This document shows, piece after piece, positions 50,206 to 60,337 of a DNA stretch of 64,000 bases (position 1 is the stretch's first letter; each line of letters starts with the position of its first letter). The notes beneath the pieces are model-generated. The model was not told the DNA's origin. It searched no databases and saw nothing but the letters and a program-made list of their open reading frames with translations. Source of the DNA: a virus (lineage: Duplodnaviria; Heunggongvirae; Uroviricota; Caudoviricetes); the IMG/VR virus record IMGVR_UViG_2526164662_000021, positions 1 through 64,000 of that record; one strand, written 5' to 3'. The position numbers and the translations under genes are program-made.

Positions 50206-50787
50206 TTACTGGAACGCCCGAACAATATCGGAGCTGTTATATATCGAAGAACCGGTCAACTGGAGGTTGACGGTGTTTTTCAGGAAATATCCATTACTGT
50301 CCCTTGGCGCATCGAGATCAAAACTTAAGTCCTGGATGGCGACATCGGTGATGTTGATCCGGCGACCAATGTTTAGCGTCACGCGCTCCGGGATTCGACC
50401 ACCAACATTGGCCGCTTTTAGTTCCGGGCTAATCATGGCTGTCAACGCGGCGATAGCGCCTGAAACTTCAATGAATGGATTGTTCAAAGCAATGAAAGTT
50501 ACAGGCAGCGTGAACGTCGGCGGAGTCCCCCCTTCCCAAACCATTAAGCTATTCCAACGGGCAACCGATGTTGTTTCAGTACCTACTTGCACAAAACCAC
50601 CCAGAGCACCAGAAACAGATCCCATGGACATACCGGTAAACGGCGCTTCCCAATTCTGGGCCATGTTCATTGCCGCTCCCTGGCTGATATATCCGGTAAC
50701 CTGGTACTGAGAGTTCGTTAAAGTAACTTTCAGATATGGCGATACACCGTCAGCCTGGCTGTAAACCCCATAAGGTATAGGTGCCAT
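50206..50787 (-). CDS. Phage tail-associated structural protein (193 aa)
   Basis: Follows the sheath gene on the minus strand; AGGAGG RBS. Confidence 0.45.
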   Translation of the reverse strand: MAPIPYGVYSQADGVSPYLKVTLTNSQYQVTGYISQGAAMNMAQNWEAPFTGMSMGSVSGALGGFVQVGTETTSVARWNSLMVWEGGTPPTFTLPVTFIALNNPFIEVSGAIAALTAMISPELKAANVGGRIPERVTLNIGRRINITDVAIQDLSFDLDAPRDSNGYFLKNTVNLQLTGSSIYNSSDIVRAFQ

Positions 50788-50822
50788 TCAAGTTAAAGGC
50801 CGGAGTTCTCCGGCCTCCTCCT

Positions 50823-51638
50823 TTAGCCAAGGCGCTTACGGCGCAGTTTCATTGACTTTTTGCGGGCAAGTTTTGCCGCGCCGGTCTGGGCTTTTCGACG
50901 CGCTTTTTTCAGCGCCGATTTTTGAGCCGCAGTCAGACGTTTTTTACGCAGGCGTTTACGGATGAGTTTGATCTCACCGTTACGAACAACCTTCTTAAAT
51001 GCTTCAGTCAGCATTTCATCAGAAGTGCCAGCAACAACAAACGCCGCTTCCAGTTCGTCACGGTCGTCGCTATCTAAACCAGCGATAGAGGCACCAACAT
51101 CAGCGGCTGCGTCGTCGTCTTCATCGTCAGCCAGTGCTTCGATCAGGTCATCATCTACACCGCATGCTGCGAGGAAGTCAGCAACATTTGCCCATGCTTC
51201 GTTATAGGCATCGTCCTGTTCTTCTGTAACTTCGGAGTCGTCGTCATCAGAGATACCAGCGATAGCCTGAACGAAACCATCAAGGGAGTCGAAAGTCAGA
51301 TCACCGCTATCAGCCCAGGCGAAAACGGCGTCGGCCGCATCACTCAACGCATTCTGCATAGCACTTCGATTTGCAGCTTCCAGAATCATCTGGTGCGCCT
51401 GTTCGACGGTCCATTCTTTACCGTCTTTCCCTTCCAGGATTTGCTCAGGAGCCGGGGCAGATGGAACGTTATCGTTAGTCTGTGCCGCCGGTTCCGGATT
51501 ATTATTAATAACCGGATCTGTTGGCGGTTCGGCGCTTGCTCGGGCAGACTCCATCAGCTGCACAGGATCAGAGTTCAAAGCGAAACGGGACAGTCCATTC
51601 CCCAAAAATGCCCCGGATTGAAAAAAGTTTTTGCTCAT
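50823..51638 (-). CDS. Phage protein with poly-acidic core and poly-basic C-terminal tail
   Basis: 271 aa; Asp/Glu runs (DDEDDDAAAD) and KRLRKKRL...RRKRLG tail. Confidence 0.45.
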   Translation of the reverse strand: MSKNFFQSGAFLGNGLSRFALNSDPVQLMESARASAEPPTDPVINNNPEPAAQTNDNVPSAPAPEQILEGKDGKEWTVEQAHQMILEAANRSAMQNALSDAADAVFAWADSGDLTFDSLDGFVQAIAGISDDDDSEVTEEQDDAYNEAWANVADFLAACGVDDDLIEALADDEDDDAAADVGASIAGLDSDDRDELEAAFVVAGTSDEMLTEAFKKVVRNGEIKLIRKRLRKKRLTAAQKSALKKARRKAQTGAAKLARKKSMKLRRKRLG

Positions 51639-51647
51639 TGTATTCCC

Positions 51648-53237
51648 TTACTTAATAAGCAGCGGTACGCCCTGGATACGACGGGCTACGCCAGTCGGGC
51701 AGCAGGCCCAGACTACTTCCCATTTATCGAATTCCGCCTGCGTAACTTTCAGCACATACGGTTCTGTACCGTCAGCATCAGGATCACGAGGAGCCACCAG
51801 AGCGCCGGAGGCGACAAAGCGATCCAAAAGTTTGGTCATCCCTTTAGTCAGACCAGCGGCAGTAATACCGTCAGGGCTATGCTTCATCTGGCGGGCTAAC
51901 TGGACAAAGAAACGGCTGATTGCATTCATCAGGGATGGGACGTGCTGGAAGTGCAGATAGTTATCCTGCGTGCAGCAAGTTAAAGCATCGTCGATGATCA
52001 TCTGGCCAGAGGTGCCAACAGATACTTTATTGAGGCGGCCCTTAACCATTGCTTCTTCGTCCGGGGTATCTTCCGGATACAGCGGTTGAATTGACGCACG
52101 AGCAATGACGGCACGTTCTTCACCAGCCGGTGAGTAATGCCAACCGCCGACATCAGAGTTTTTCTTGACGCCACGAGCTTTCGCCGCATACGCCGCGCCA
52201 GACAGACCGAAGACCACACGGGATTGGGTCCATTTGTCTTTGCAGGAGAACGGGAAGTGATAGACAGCACAGCTTACATAATCGGTACCAAGTAAACCGG
52301 TATCTTCAACAGCAGAGAGCGCTTCCGTATACGTCAATGTCGGTTTGACATCAAAGAAGCCATCAATCAGGCGATCTGCACAGATTTTACCTAATGCGGT
52401 GATAGCCGCATTGTCATAGCAGCCCAGGCCGAGAACAGCGGTGTACATGTACGGCGCATTGTTCAGCACTTTCACCGCACGCAGGTAAGCAGCAGTGGAA
52501 ATGTTCGACTGATCGCCGTTGGTACCGCCAGTGAACGCCAGCGATTTTTTATTTGTTACTTTCGCCGTCGAAATCAGCTCTTCATTAACAACCGCGCGCA
52601 GATATTTAGAACGGGCTTCCAGAGCCGTAGGCAGATAACACAAGCGGCCCATGTCATCTTTCGCTTCTTCCGCCAAAGACACAGTGTGTGTCTCCAGGGT
52701 CGTTACCACGCCGAGCGAAGTCGTCTGGGTCAGTTTTAAGAGGAAGCGTTCATTACCCGCGCTGTCCGCTGTTGCCGTTTCGATGGTTAACTCACGGGTA
52801 GGTGAAATACACGGATCACCATCATCAACGTAGATAGCAAAGGCTTCGCCACTATCAAGTTCAATTTCAGAACCGTATGGCAACGCACTGTAAGCCGGTT
52901 CGCCTGATTCATCGAACATAATAATCGGGAACTTCGCATCATCCGGAACAGCACGAACAACATAACCTGACGTTTGCTGAATAGCTTCGTATACGTGGCG
53001 AATTGGTTCGAACTGTGAGCCGGAAGACGGCTTCAGCGGTTCGCCGAGAACATCTTCGTAATTGGACTCAGTAACCGCAAGAACAGTAAACGGCTTGCCA
53101 CGCGCAAATACGCCAATACCAGCCCACAAGCTGCTATTTAATGCAACACCGGTAGATAACGTCGCATCGGCATTGATCGGGCTAACAGCGACGCCGGATG
53201 CATTACCTAATGACTGTTGAATTGAATATTGAGACAT
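51648..53237 (-). CDS. Contractile tail sheath protein (P1 gene 22 position)
   Basis: 529-aa ORF adjacent to the capsid gene; size matches P1 sheath; synteny. Confidence 0.65.
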   Translation of the reverse strand: MSQYSIQQSLGNASGVAVSPINADATLSTGVALNSSLWAGIGVFARGKPFTVLAVTESNYEDVLGEPLKPSSGSQFEPIRHVYEAIQQTSGYVVRAVPDDAKFPIIMFDESGEPAYSALPYGSEIELDSGEAFAIYVDDGDPCISPTRELTIETATADSAGNERFLLKLTQTTSLGVVTTLETHTVSLAEEAKDDMGRLCYLPTALEARSKYLRAVVNEELISTAKVTNKKSLAFTGGTNGDQSNISTAAYLRAVKVLNNAPYMYTAVLGLGCYDNAAITALGKICADRLIDGFFDVKPTLTYTEALSAVEDTGLLGTDYVSCAVYHFPFSCKDKWTQSRVVFGLSGAAYAAKARGVKKNSDVGGWHYSPAGEERAVIARASIQPLYPEDTPDEEAMVKGRLNKVSVGTSGQMIIDDALTCCTQDNYLHFQHVPSLMNAISRFFVQLARQMKHSPDGITAAGLTKGMTKLLDRFVASGALVAPRDPDADGTEPYVLKVTQAEFDKWEVVWACCPTGVARRIQGVPLLIK

Positions 53238-53297
53238 AACTTTCCCTGTTATGCGCCCCGCACGGGGGCGCTATGTTAAACGGAGAACTTCCCCTGA

Positions 53298-55004
53298 TTA
53301 CTCAGAGTCACCGGCATCAATCGTGTCGCCGCTTATAAAGTTAAGCCCGCCTTTTTTGGCCATTGTCAGCGTTACACGAGTGAAGTAATCAGCGCCGTTG
53401 CGTGGGTGCATATCGTTGATAGCCGAACCCCACAGCGTGGTACGGTTGACCAGCGCCGGAGTGGTCGGATGCTGGAACGGGATGGCCGGGACAGCATCAC
53501 CAGTCACGAAGCCTGCTTTACCCGGATTTTCATCACGGACGTAGCACAGCACATCCATCGAGCTGAACTGAATGTTCTCTGTCGTTAAGTTCTTACAAAT
53601 ACCAGCAGGTACTTCGTACACTTTCACGTTACCGAACAGGGTACCGATGTAGTGAACATACGGAGTCTGGATATAGTCTTCGGCTGGCTGGAAGAAATCC
53701 TTCGGCAACTGTTTGAAGAAAGATGCTGCATCAGCGCCAGCAAACATCCCCATCGCACCAGAAGATTTAACGCGCTCAATAATGTCGCGATATACAGTCT
53801 GGAATTTGCCACGAATGATGGTTGCCCATACATCAAAGGACTGGTTAACCGGCAGAGCGATGTCAAAGGTGTCGGTCGCAAGAGTACGCCAGATCATGAT
53901 GCGGAGACGCAACATATCCTGTTCATGGGACAGGTATTCTTTCAGGGTGCGGAACTGTAGGGAACCCAGGTCCAGACCAAATTCACGCTGTGCTTCATAC
54001 GCCGCCTGTACCGTGTGCTCAGCCGCGATAACGAACTGGCTTGGGAACAGGGTGTATTTCTTCATTTCGTGGTTGATCAGCGGGATCAGCTCAGGAGCGG
54101 CTTCAATATTGATTTCCGTCTCAATTGCGATCTCAGTGCCTTTATCCGGCGCTTTGGAGAACGACAGGGCAATCTGACCAATGTTGTAGTTCAGAGAGCA
54201 AGTAACAGTGATTTGCTCACCAGCAGCATTAGTAAACGAGTGAAGTAGGCTGCCGGAACCGTTATCAACAACAGACTTAATACGGTTAACGTAGATGTTA
54301 GTGCGACCTTTTCGGATTGGTACATTCTGGCCTTCGAAGTCTTCCATCTTGAAGGTTGCGGTTTTGCTGGTGCCATCGGAGCTTGCCACCAGCACATAGC
54401 GGCGGCGTAACTGGCTGTACACACCGACGGATTGCATGTCCAGAACATCACCAGCAGCATAAGAACCAAAAGAGGAACCTGCCACGTTAAAGACTTCATA
54501 GATGTCGGACTGGTCACGCGTAACCGGAATGAAGGTACACGCATCAGCGGTAGCTGCCCCCAACTGAACAGGCAGGATCATCGCGAGGAATAAAGGCAGA
54601 CGCATAACACCGTCAGAAACGCTCATCATCTCTGCTGCGACGGATTCCAGCATCGCTTTATTAGTGGCATCCATGCTATTGCGGGTGGACTCAATCAGGC
54701 AGTTTTCCAGCGTCTGGTGGCAGGAGGCCAGAATTTCCGGACGCGGCATAGATTTATGTGCTGCGGCGTAGTCAGCCAGTGAACTTGCCCACGCTGTAGC
54801 GATTTGAGCGGTGGCATTATCAGAGATACCCGCAAAAACCGGGTCTTTACGTGCAGCTTCAAGGATAGATGCGGCACGCGCGGCATCATCTTTAATGAAT
54901 TGGTTATCAGTACCGAACTGCGCAGTGCTTGCCCAGCCAAGCACAGCTTTAGAGCGTTTTGCGATATCTGCAATACGATTCTGGTATTCGCGTAAGTTAC
55001 TCAA
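53298..55004 (-). CDS. Major capsid protein (P1 gene 23 position)
   Basis: About 568 aa; start set at second TTG after AAGGAAG RBS; synteny next to parS/parB. Confidence 0.65.
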   Translation of the reverse strand: MSNLREYQNRIADIAKRSKAVLGWASTAQFGTDNQFIKDDAARAASILEAARKDPVFAGISDNATAQIATAWASSLADYAAAHKSMPRPEILASCHQTLENCLIESTRNSMDATNKAMLESVAAEMMSVSDGVMRLPLFLAMILPVQLGAATADACTFIPVTRDQSDIYEVFNVAGSSFGSYAAGDVLDMQSVGVYSQLRRRYVLVASSDGTSKTATFKMEDFEGQNVPIRKGRTNIYVNRIKSVVDNGSGSLLHSFTNAAGEQITVTCSLNYNIGQIALSFSKAPDKGTEIAIETEINIEAAPELIPLINHEMKKYTLFPSQFVIAAEHTVQAAYEAQREFGLDLGSLQFRTLKEYLSHEQDMLRLRIMIWRTLATDTFDIALPVNQSFDVWATIIRGKFQTVYRDIIERVKSSGAMGMFAGADAASFFKQLPKDFFQPAEDYIQTPYVHYIGTLFGNVKVYEVPAGICKNLTTENIQFSSMDVLCYVRDENPGKAGFVTGDAVPAIPFQHPTTPALVNRTTLWGSAINDMHPRNGADYFTRVTLTMAKKGGLNFISGDTIDAGDSE

Positions 55005-55139
55005 TTTACTCTTCCTTAAACACAAGGCACTTGTGTGAATCCCTTTTCGGAAGAGATTTTATTGAAAGTCACTTGTTGACTTTCTCGTGACAAGCAATTT
55101 TTTTATTTTTTTCGGGAGTAGGGGAGGAAGGTAAAATCC

Positions 55140-55226
55140 AAGGTGAAATCGTGGCGATTTCACCTTGAAATTTTAGAGGGATTTACTTTAAAAACAGTAG
55201 TTTAATAGTGAAATTTGAATGGCGAA
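55140..55226. other. parS: parS partition centromere
   Basis: Box A heptamers GTGAAAT/ATTTCAC (55143-55149, 55157-55163, 55208-55214) and box B hexamers TGGCGA (55152-55157, 55220-55225) just downstream of parB. Confidence 0.8.
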
Positions 55227-55229
55227 AGT

Positions 55230-56231
55230 TTAAGGCTTCGGCTTTTTATCGAGGCTCTTTCTAAGGATATGCCCAATCATCCTGTCGAGTTCTTCCTGTA
55301 GCTCTTTTGAAAGTCGATTAAACTCATAAGAAAATGCACGGCCTTTCACGCGCTTCCTTGCAAAGCGATCCTTGTCCTCAAATTTCCATAATTCAGTAAC
55401 TACGGACTTATCTTTAGAACCTTTATCCGTGAGTAGTGAGGCTTCCTTTGTTATCAAGCGCAGGATTTTATTTTTAACTTCATCTTCGGCCATTTCTTCA
55501 ATGGATAAGATGTCGTTTATTTCCGGGGATATATTTTGAATAAGCTGATCAAACTCTAAATTCTTGTTCCCCATTTCGTCGCCAACAGCACAAAGCGTTT
55601 TGTAGTCCGAAAAGGTTAATTCCGACTGCACAGGGAAAAGGGCGACTAATTCTTCCGGAGCACTCGCTGCCTGGAGAGCACGCGTGACCTTCGCCTGAGA
55701 CAGCCCTTCTTTGGCTGCAATATCCTTCTGACTCATCCCATCATTTTTCATTCGCATCAAACGCAGACCTATTTCTCGAATGCTGTGCTGCAATGCTGTC
55801 TGAACGTCTTTCGCTAAATTTTGCGCTTCCTGAACGCTGATCTCCTGGTCCGTGACTAAAACCCGCAACCCTACGTTCTCTAAGATGGCAGAAGCTCGAC
55901 GCCGGGAACCATCCAAAATTTCAATTTTCCCTGTTGCCCGTCTAACACCTATTGCAGGGTAAAATTGCTGATGCTTAATAGTGCTTCGGATACTTTTTAA
56001 TGATTTTGGCGTAAGAGATGCCTGGTCACGCCCGTTGTTATGCTGATCAACAAAGGTATCGCTTTCTACCTGGTTCGGAGGTATTACCTCTTCAATAAAT
56101 GTGGCCTGGCGACCAGTTGATAACTTGAATACCTGCTCGACTCGATCGCCAGAGGCTGAAGAACTATCAAATCCGCTTAATATTGAAGGATTAAGGGTTC
56201 GCCCAATTGTTGGTCTGTTTTTCTTTGACAT
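55230..56231 (-). CDS. parB: ParB partition protein
   Basis: 333 aa as in P1 ParB; downstream of parA; parS follows. Confidence 0.9.
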   Translation of the reverse strand: MSKKNRPTIGRTLNPSILSGFDSSSASGDRVEQVFKLSTGRQATFIEEVIPPNQVESDTFVDQHNNGRDQASLTPKSLKSIRSTIKHQQFYPAIGVRRATGKIEILDGSRRRASAILENVGLRVLVTDQEISVQEAQNLAKDVQTALQHSIREIGLRLMRMKNDGMSQKDIAAKEGLSQAKVTRALQAASAPEELVALFPVQSELTFSDYKTLCAVGDEMGNKNLEFDQLIQNISPEINDILSIEEMAEDEVKNKILRLITKEASLLTDKGSKDKSVVTELWKFEDKDRFARKRVKGRAFSYEFNRLSKELQEELDRMIGHILRKSLDKKPKP

Positions 56232-56247
56232 GGGGGTTTCTTACTCC

Positions 56248-57444
56248 TCAGTTAGATCTGATAAATTCAATACGGTCAAAAACTGCTTTAGCAAAATCTT
56301 CCGCGGCAATTCGCGCGTTCTTCAATGCATCAGCACTACCAACATACGTTGCCGGGTTAGCTGAAATAACAGTGTCAAAAGACTCGCCGCAACGTTCAAA
56401 ACCGTCAAGGCGAGGGAGGACGACATCGAGCATATCCCCACCGAACACTTCTTTAGCCAGGCTATGGCAATACTTATGATCTGCCTTGTTACTCAACTTG
56501 GACATAAAACCAATGTTAGTCGCAAGCTGGCACTCGCAGCCTTCATCCGAAATGAGTTTCACCAACTCAGGAAGGCGGGCAACGTATTTAAGCGATGAGT
56601 GGAAATCGACAGTTGCTGGCGGCAGAGGTGTAAACAGTATATTGGCCGAGGCCAAAGCATTTTTCAGGAAGGCGTCAAGGTGAGGACCACTATCAACGAG
56701 GATAAAATCATAATCGCTCTTCAGCTTATCAATCACATTTTCTTTCAGGACAGCATGGATGTTCTGACCCGGTAGATGCTCATTGCACAGCTCTCTCCAA
56801 TCGGATGCAATAAAGGCATCGTCAATCGACGCAGGCATAACGTCAACCCCAGGTACAACAGAAGGAACAATAAACTCCTCTAACAGCTCTTCACGGCTTA
56901 CATTCTGCAACATAGCCTGTGCAGATGTTGCGTTTACGATACCAATAGAGTGTTTATGGCTTAAAAACATCGTTGCTGAAGATTGCGGATCAAGGTCAAT
57001 AACCAGAATCCTTAAATCTTCCATCAGAAGATGAGGGTGAGCACGCATTGCATGCGCCAGAGAAACCGTCGATACAGTTTTTGACACACCGCCTTTAAGA
57101 TTGGAGATGAAAATCACATACGCTTCGCTGTAGCGATCCCGGTATTTTGGCACTCCGCGATGTTCATATATGTCAATGATGTTCTGAATTGACATCGCAT
57201 ATTTCATTGAAGAGCCAGCAGGGCGCTTATCGAAAACATAACCCTTTTCTTCCATTTCACTTACAGCATAGTCAACGTTCGCTCGAGTCAGTAGAGGCAA
57301 TTTTGCCAGTGCCGCTTTCGCATAGACCTGGTAAAACTCGTTCGCGTGTAGCTCATCCTTTTGCAACTGTACTTGTTCAGTCAGAACATTGAGCATTCTG
57401 TTTGCTCTTTGAGCAACCTTGTGAAGCTGGCTGGAATCACTCAT
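56248..57444 (-). CDS. parA: ParA partition ATPase
   Basis: 398 aa (large ParA with N-terminal regulatory domain); Walker A KGGVSKT. Confidence 0.9.
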   Translation of the reverse strand: MSDSSQLHKVAQRANRMLNVLTEQVQLQKDELHANEFYQVYAKAALAKLPLLTRANVDYAVSEMEEKGYVFDKRPAGSSMKYAMSIQNIIDIYEHRGVPKYRDRYSEAYVIFISNLKGGVSKTVSTVSLAHAMRAHPHLLMEDLRILVIDLDPQSSATMFLSHKHSIGIVNATSAQAMLQNVSREELLEEFIVPSVVPGVDVMPASIDDAFIASDWRELCNEHLPGQNIHAVLKENVIDKLKSDYDFILVDSGPHLDAFLKNALASANILFTPLPPATVDFHSSLKYVARLPELVKLISDEGCECQLATNIGFMSKLSNKADHKYCHSLAKEVFGGDMLDVVLPRLDGFERCGESFDTVISANPATYVGSADALKNARIAAEDFAKAVFDRIEFIRSN

Positions 57445-57584
57445 CGAAAGTCATCCTTTATGCTGTATTTTTGAATTTAATTAAAAATGCTGCATAAAAT
57501 AATAATGTATGCGCAGATGCTTGTACATAGCATTCTCTGCATGTTTGATTCATTTTTCACGATTGAGAGTTGCAAGGCGGGCAC

Positions 57585-57605
57585 AAAAAAGCCCCGTTCA
57601 GGGGC
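57585..57605 (-). terminator. Intrinsic terminator after the T5orf172 gene
   Basis: GCCCC-tgaac-GGGGC followed by T6 on the minus strand, 8 nt after the stop. Confidence 0.6.
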
Positions 57606-57612
57606 ATCAGTG

Positions 57613-58422
57613 TTATTTGTTAAGAGCTGCGAATAATCGTTCGAAATCGATAGTATATATAGCACGCGTAAGCGCCGGAAGTTCAGCCTCAAAGTACCCG
57701 TGTCGATCGTAAAAGAAGGGACCAAAGAGCGAGGAATGTTGGATTCTACTTCGCCCCAGCCCGGACACACAGTTAAGTCCATTACCGGATAAAAGGCTAA
57801 AAAACTTCTCTGGATTATCGTGGTAAAGCTGGGAATCAATGGTGGCAGTTAACTCTTCCATAGGGAAGCACACCCGCCCAGTCTCCCAGGAATATTTAGT
57901 CCGAAGCGTAAACATCGCTTTCAGCAATTCACATTGAGCGCGGATCGCGTCAGGTTCATAGCCAGATATGGAGACATAAGCCACATCCCTCATTCCTGCG
58001 TCATCTTTGAAAGTCACGATAGAAGTAACATCCAGTTCTTTTTCGAAAGAGCGAGCAGCATCTACTGGACGCTGAAGTAAATCATTCGACTTAATCCGCT
58101 CAAGAATCCCTCCCCACATATCATTTAGGTATTCGATATGAGCCAAAACCTTATCAAGACACTCTCGTGTAAACCATTCAGTATGCCCGCCACCGGCGCT
58201 TTTCTCCCACGGCGCATTCCAGGGGAAAAAGGTTGCGTGTAAAGCCCGCTCAAGATTAACCATTGCCAAACGCGTACCACGATAGACCCGTGAAAGCGCA
58301 AAATCGGGACTCACTTGTAGCCCTTTAAACCGTGCCAATGGACCACATGAAATGCCGATTTTAAAAGTATCTCCGTTCTCCGGCACCAGAACGTAGAGGT
58401 AGTGTTGTTTCTCTTCTTGCAT
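57613..58422 (-). CDS. T5orf172 (GIY-YIG-like) domain protein with C-terminal domain of unknown function
   Basis: 269 aa; N-terminal YLYVL...GDTFKIGIS...RFKGLQ...LERALH...TEWF pattern; own terminator. Confidence 0.6.
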   Translation of the reverse strand: MQEEKQHYLYVLVPENGDTFKIGISCGPLARFKGLQVSPDFALSRVYRGTRLAMVNLERALHATFFPWNAPWEKSAGGGHTEWFTRECLDKVLAHIEYLNDMWGGILERIKSNDLLQRPVDAARSFEKELDVTSIVTFKDDAGMRDVAYVSISGYEPDAIRAQCELLKAMFTLRTKYSWETGRVCFPMEELTATIDSQLYHDNPEKFFSLLSGNGLNCVSGLGRSRIQHSSLFGPFFYDRHGYFEAELPALTRAIYTIDFERLFAALNK

Positions 58423-58457
58423 ATCAATACCACTGCTTGATGAGAACCGCGCAAATG

Positions 58458-58714
58458 TTGACTATGCGCGAAAGTTAATGTGAATAGTTGACTATGCGCG
58501 ATGTGACTACAGTCAAAAGTTGACTGTAGTCGATTTAACTCCACCAAAAATCGACTATGTAAGATATTGTCGGGAGAAACGTTGACTATACGCGATGAAA
58601 TGACCCTAAAAGCCATCTCAATAGCGACTTGCAGAATATTGACGCCAGCAAAAATCCACCAGCGTCAACGAATGTCGCCTATAGTCAACTTCTCGCTATC
58701 GCATATAGTCAATA
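58458..58714. repeat. incA-like iteron array downstream of repA
   Basis: At least 8 copies of TTGACTATGCGCGA-like repeats in both orientations. Confidence 0.8.
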
Positions 58715-59599
58715 TTATGGATTGCGCTTATGGATCTGGAAGCCGATTTTCCTGCCGTTTTTTATCTCTGAAAATTTAAGATATTCAATAGCTTCCAAAT
58801 CTTTCATAGCTTTTCTGATAACGCTATTTTGCACGCTAACGGATGATTTGAGATTAAGCCTTGCTCTAAGGCGCTCAATGCTGACAGGTGCCGGGTTGGC
58901 GGGTAGAGCCTCAAAGAATGTATACAGCACCTTGGCCGTCTCTTTGCGCCCGAGCTTATCCAGCATCTTCAGCTTCAGGATTCGCTTATAGTCAACATAG
59001 TAAAGTTCAGATAGCTGTTTCTGCGGCTGGATCTCGATAACATCAAGCTCGGTATTCAGGCTGCTATATGCCAACAAGTTGACGTTAATGTTATTGAGAT
59101 GACCTTTTGCCGCCGGGAAGCGGAATTTGACAACTGTCTGCTGAATGCGTGTCAGAGAGTCATCAATACTTTTACGGAACGCCTTTGAAAGGCGCTTACG
59201 TGGATAGCCGCATCGATCGGCAAACTCGGAGAATGGCAGGGTGATTATGCCGTCATCATCAGGTGCGTAGTCAAACAACGCGGAGGTTATGCCCACCCAC
59301 ACCTTAAAATCAGTATCCATATCCAGGCGTGGACCATGTATTTCAATTCCCTCATAGCCTTCCTGCTCAACAATTTTGAGGCTTGATAGTTCTTCGGTTG
59401 CGTTCGTTGTGTTTGTAGTAACTGACGATCCGCGACGTAGTGCCACATTGGTAGATTTTAAGGTTGGCACAAACACACCTAAGCGCAACAAAGCGATTGG
59501 TTGTATAGTGCTATTGTTATTGGGTTTCAGGCTGTGGATTTCTCCTGTATTTCCTGCAACTTCTTCAACGCTAAGGAAGCCTTTATTTTCTTCCGGCAT
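58715..59599 (-). CDS. repA: RepA iteron-binding replication initiator
   Basis: Rep_3-type protein (…GPRLDMDTDFKVW…); ATG at 59599 with GGAGAAA RBS; flanked by iterons. Confidence 0.85.
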   Translation of the reverse strand: MPEENKGFLSVEEVAGNTGEIHSLKPNNNSTIQPIALLRLGVFVPTLKSTNVALRRGSSVTTNTTNATEELSSLKIVEQEGYEGIEIHGPRLDMDTDFKVWVGITSALFDYAPDDDGIITLPFSEFADRCGYPRKRLSKAFRKSIDDSLTRIQQTVVKFRFPAAKGHLNNINVNLLAYSSLNTELDVIEIQPQKQLSELYYVDYKRILKLKMLDKLGRKETAKVLYTFFEALPANPAPVSIERLRARLNLKSSVSVQNSVIRKAMKDLEAIEYLKFSEIKNGRKIGFQIHKRNP

Positions 59600-59677
59600 C
59601 GTGGTTTCTCCATATGTGGCGCGGCCTGGCGTCATCTGGATTGCAGTTATCAACAACTGTGAATAGTCAGGCTCTAA

Positions 59678-59780
59678 AATCGCGTACAGTCAATGTTTCT
59701 GTCGCGTATAGTCAACAATAAATCGCGTGCAGTCAACAATAAATCGTGCACAGTCAACATAAAATCGCGTATAGTCAATG
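59678..59780. repeat. Origin iterons (incC-like), five repeats at ~21-bp spacing
   Basis: AATCGCGTACAGTCAAT-like repeats at about 59678, 59700, 59721, 59741, 59762. Confidence 0.8.
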
Positions 59781-59782
59781 TT

Positions 59783-59890
59783 GATCCCATTTCAGGCCAG
59801 AAATGGCGCGGCTTACAGCGATCCGGGATCTTCTTTGGATCTTCCTAGGTTCTCTTTAGGATCTGTTTATTGGATCTATGCTGTGGATAA
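59783..59890. other. Plasmid origin oriR accessory region: GATC repeats and DnaA box
   Basis: Six GATC sites, four as GGATCT repeats, plus TGTGGATAA (DnaA box) at 59882-59890. Confidence 0.75.
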
Positions 59891-59933
59891 GTTGAATAAA
59901 CCGGCCAATAAAGCCGGTTGGAAGGAAGCCGTA

Positions 59934-60326
59934 TTATTCTACGCTCTCGATAAGAAGACCATGTTCATAACATTTAAGCTCATCGCCTTCGTACAGGAAT
60001 TGGTATCCAACACCACCATCTTCATGGACATTAGGGAATAACTCATAACTCACTGAAGAGCAAATCACACCAATGCAGCGATCAACTCCTTCTCGTTCTT
60101 CAGTGCAGAAAAAATCCTCTTCGGTAAGAACATGAGTACATTGCTCATCAGCATAGGTCGGAAATACATGCTCAATGCAATCCGGGTGTTTTAAACCAAG
60201 CTGATCGGCAAGCTCGAAAGCACGACGGTATTGTTCAGATCCTGGCTTGCCAACAGTGATTTGCTCAATTTTGTAGATTGAAGTCGCTTTGTTGATAGTT
60301 TGCTTTACTGTTACTTTATCAGACAT
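59934..60326 (-). CDS. Hypothetical protein (130 aa; P1 upfA position)
   Basis: Synteny; Cys/His-containing, no motif recognised. Confidence 0.4.
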   Translation of the reverse strand: MSDKVTVKQTINKATSIYKIEQITVGKPGSEQYRRAFELADQLGLKHPDCIEHVFPTYADEQCTHVLTEEDFFCTEEREGVDRCIGVICSSVSYELFPNVHEDGGVGYQFLYEGDELKCYEHGLLIESVE

Positions 60327-60337
60327 AAAAATCCCTT

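Noticed and set aside
58458-59780. Short direct repeat arrays flanking repA considered as a possible CRISPR array
   Set aside because: Repeats are 14-20 bp iterons at about 21-bp spacing in both orientations around a Rep_3 initiator gene, with GATC repeats and a DnaA box: a plasmid origin (incC/incA), not CRISPR
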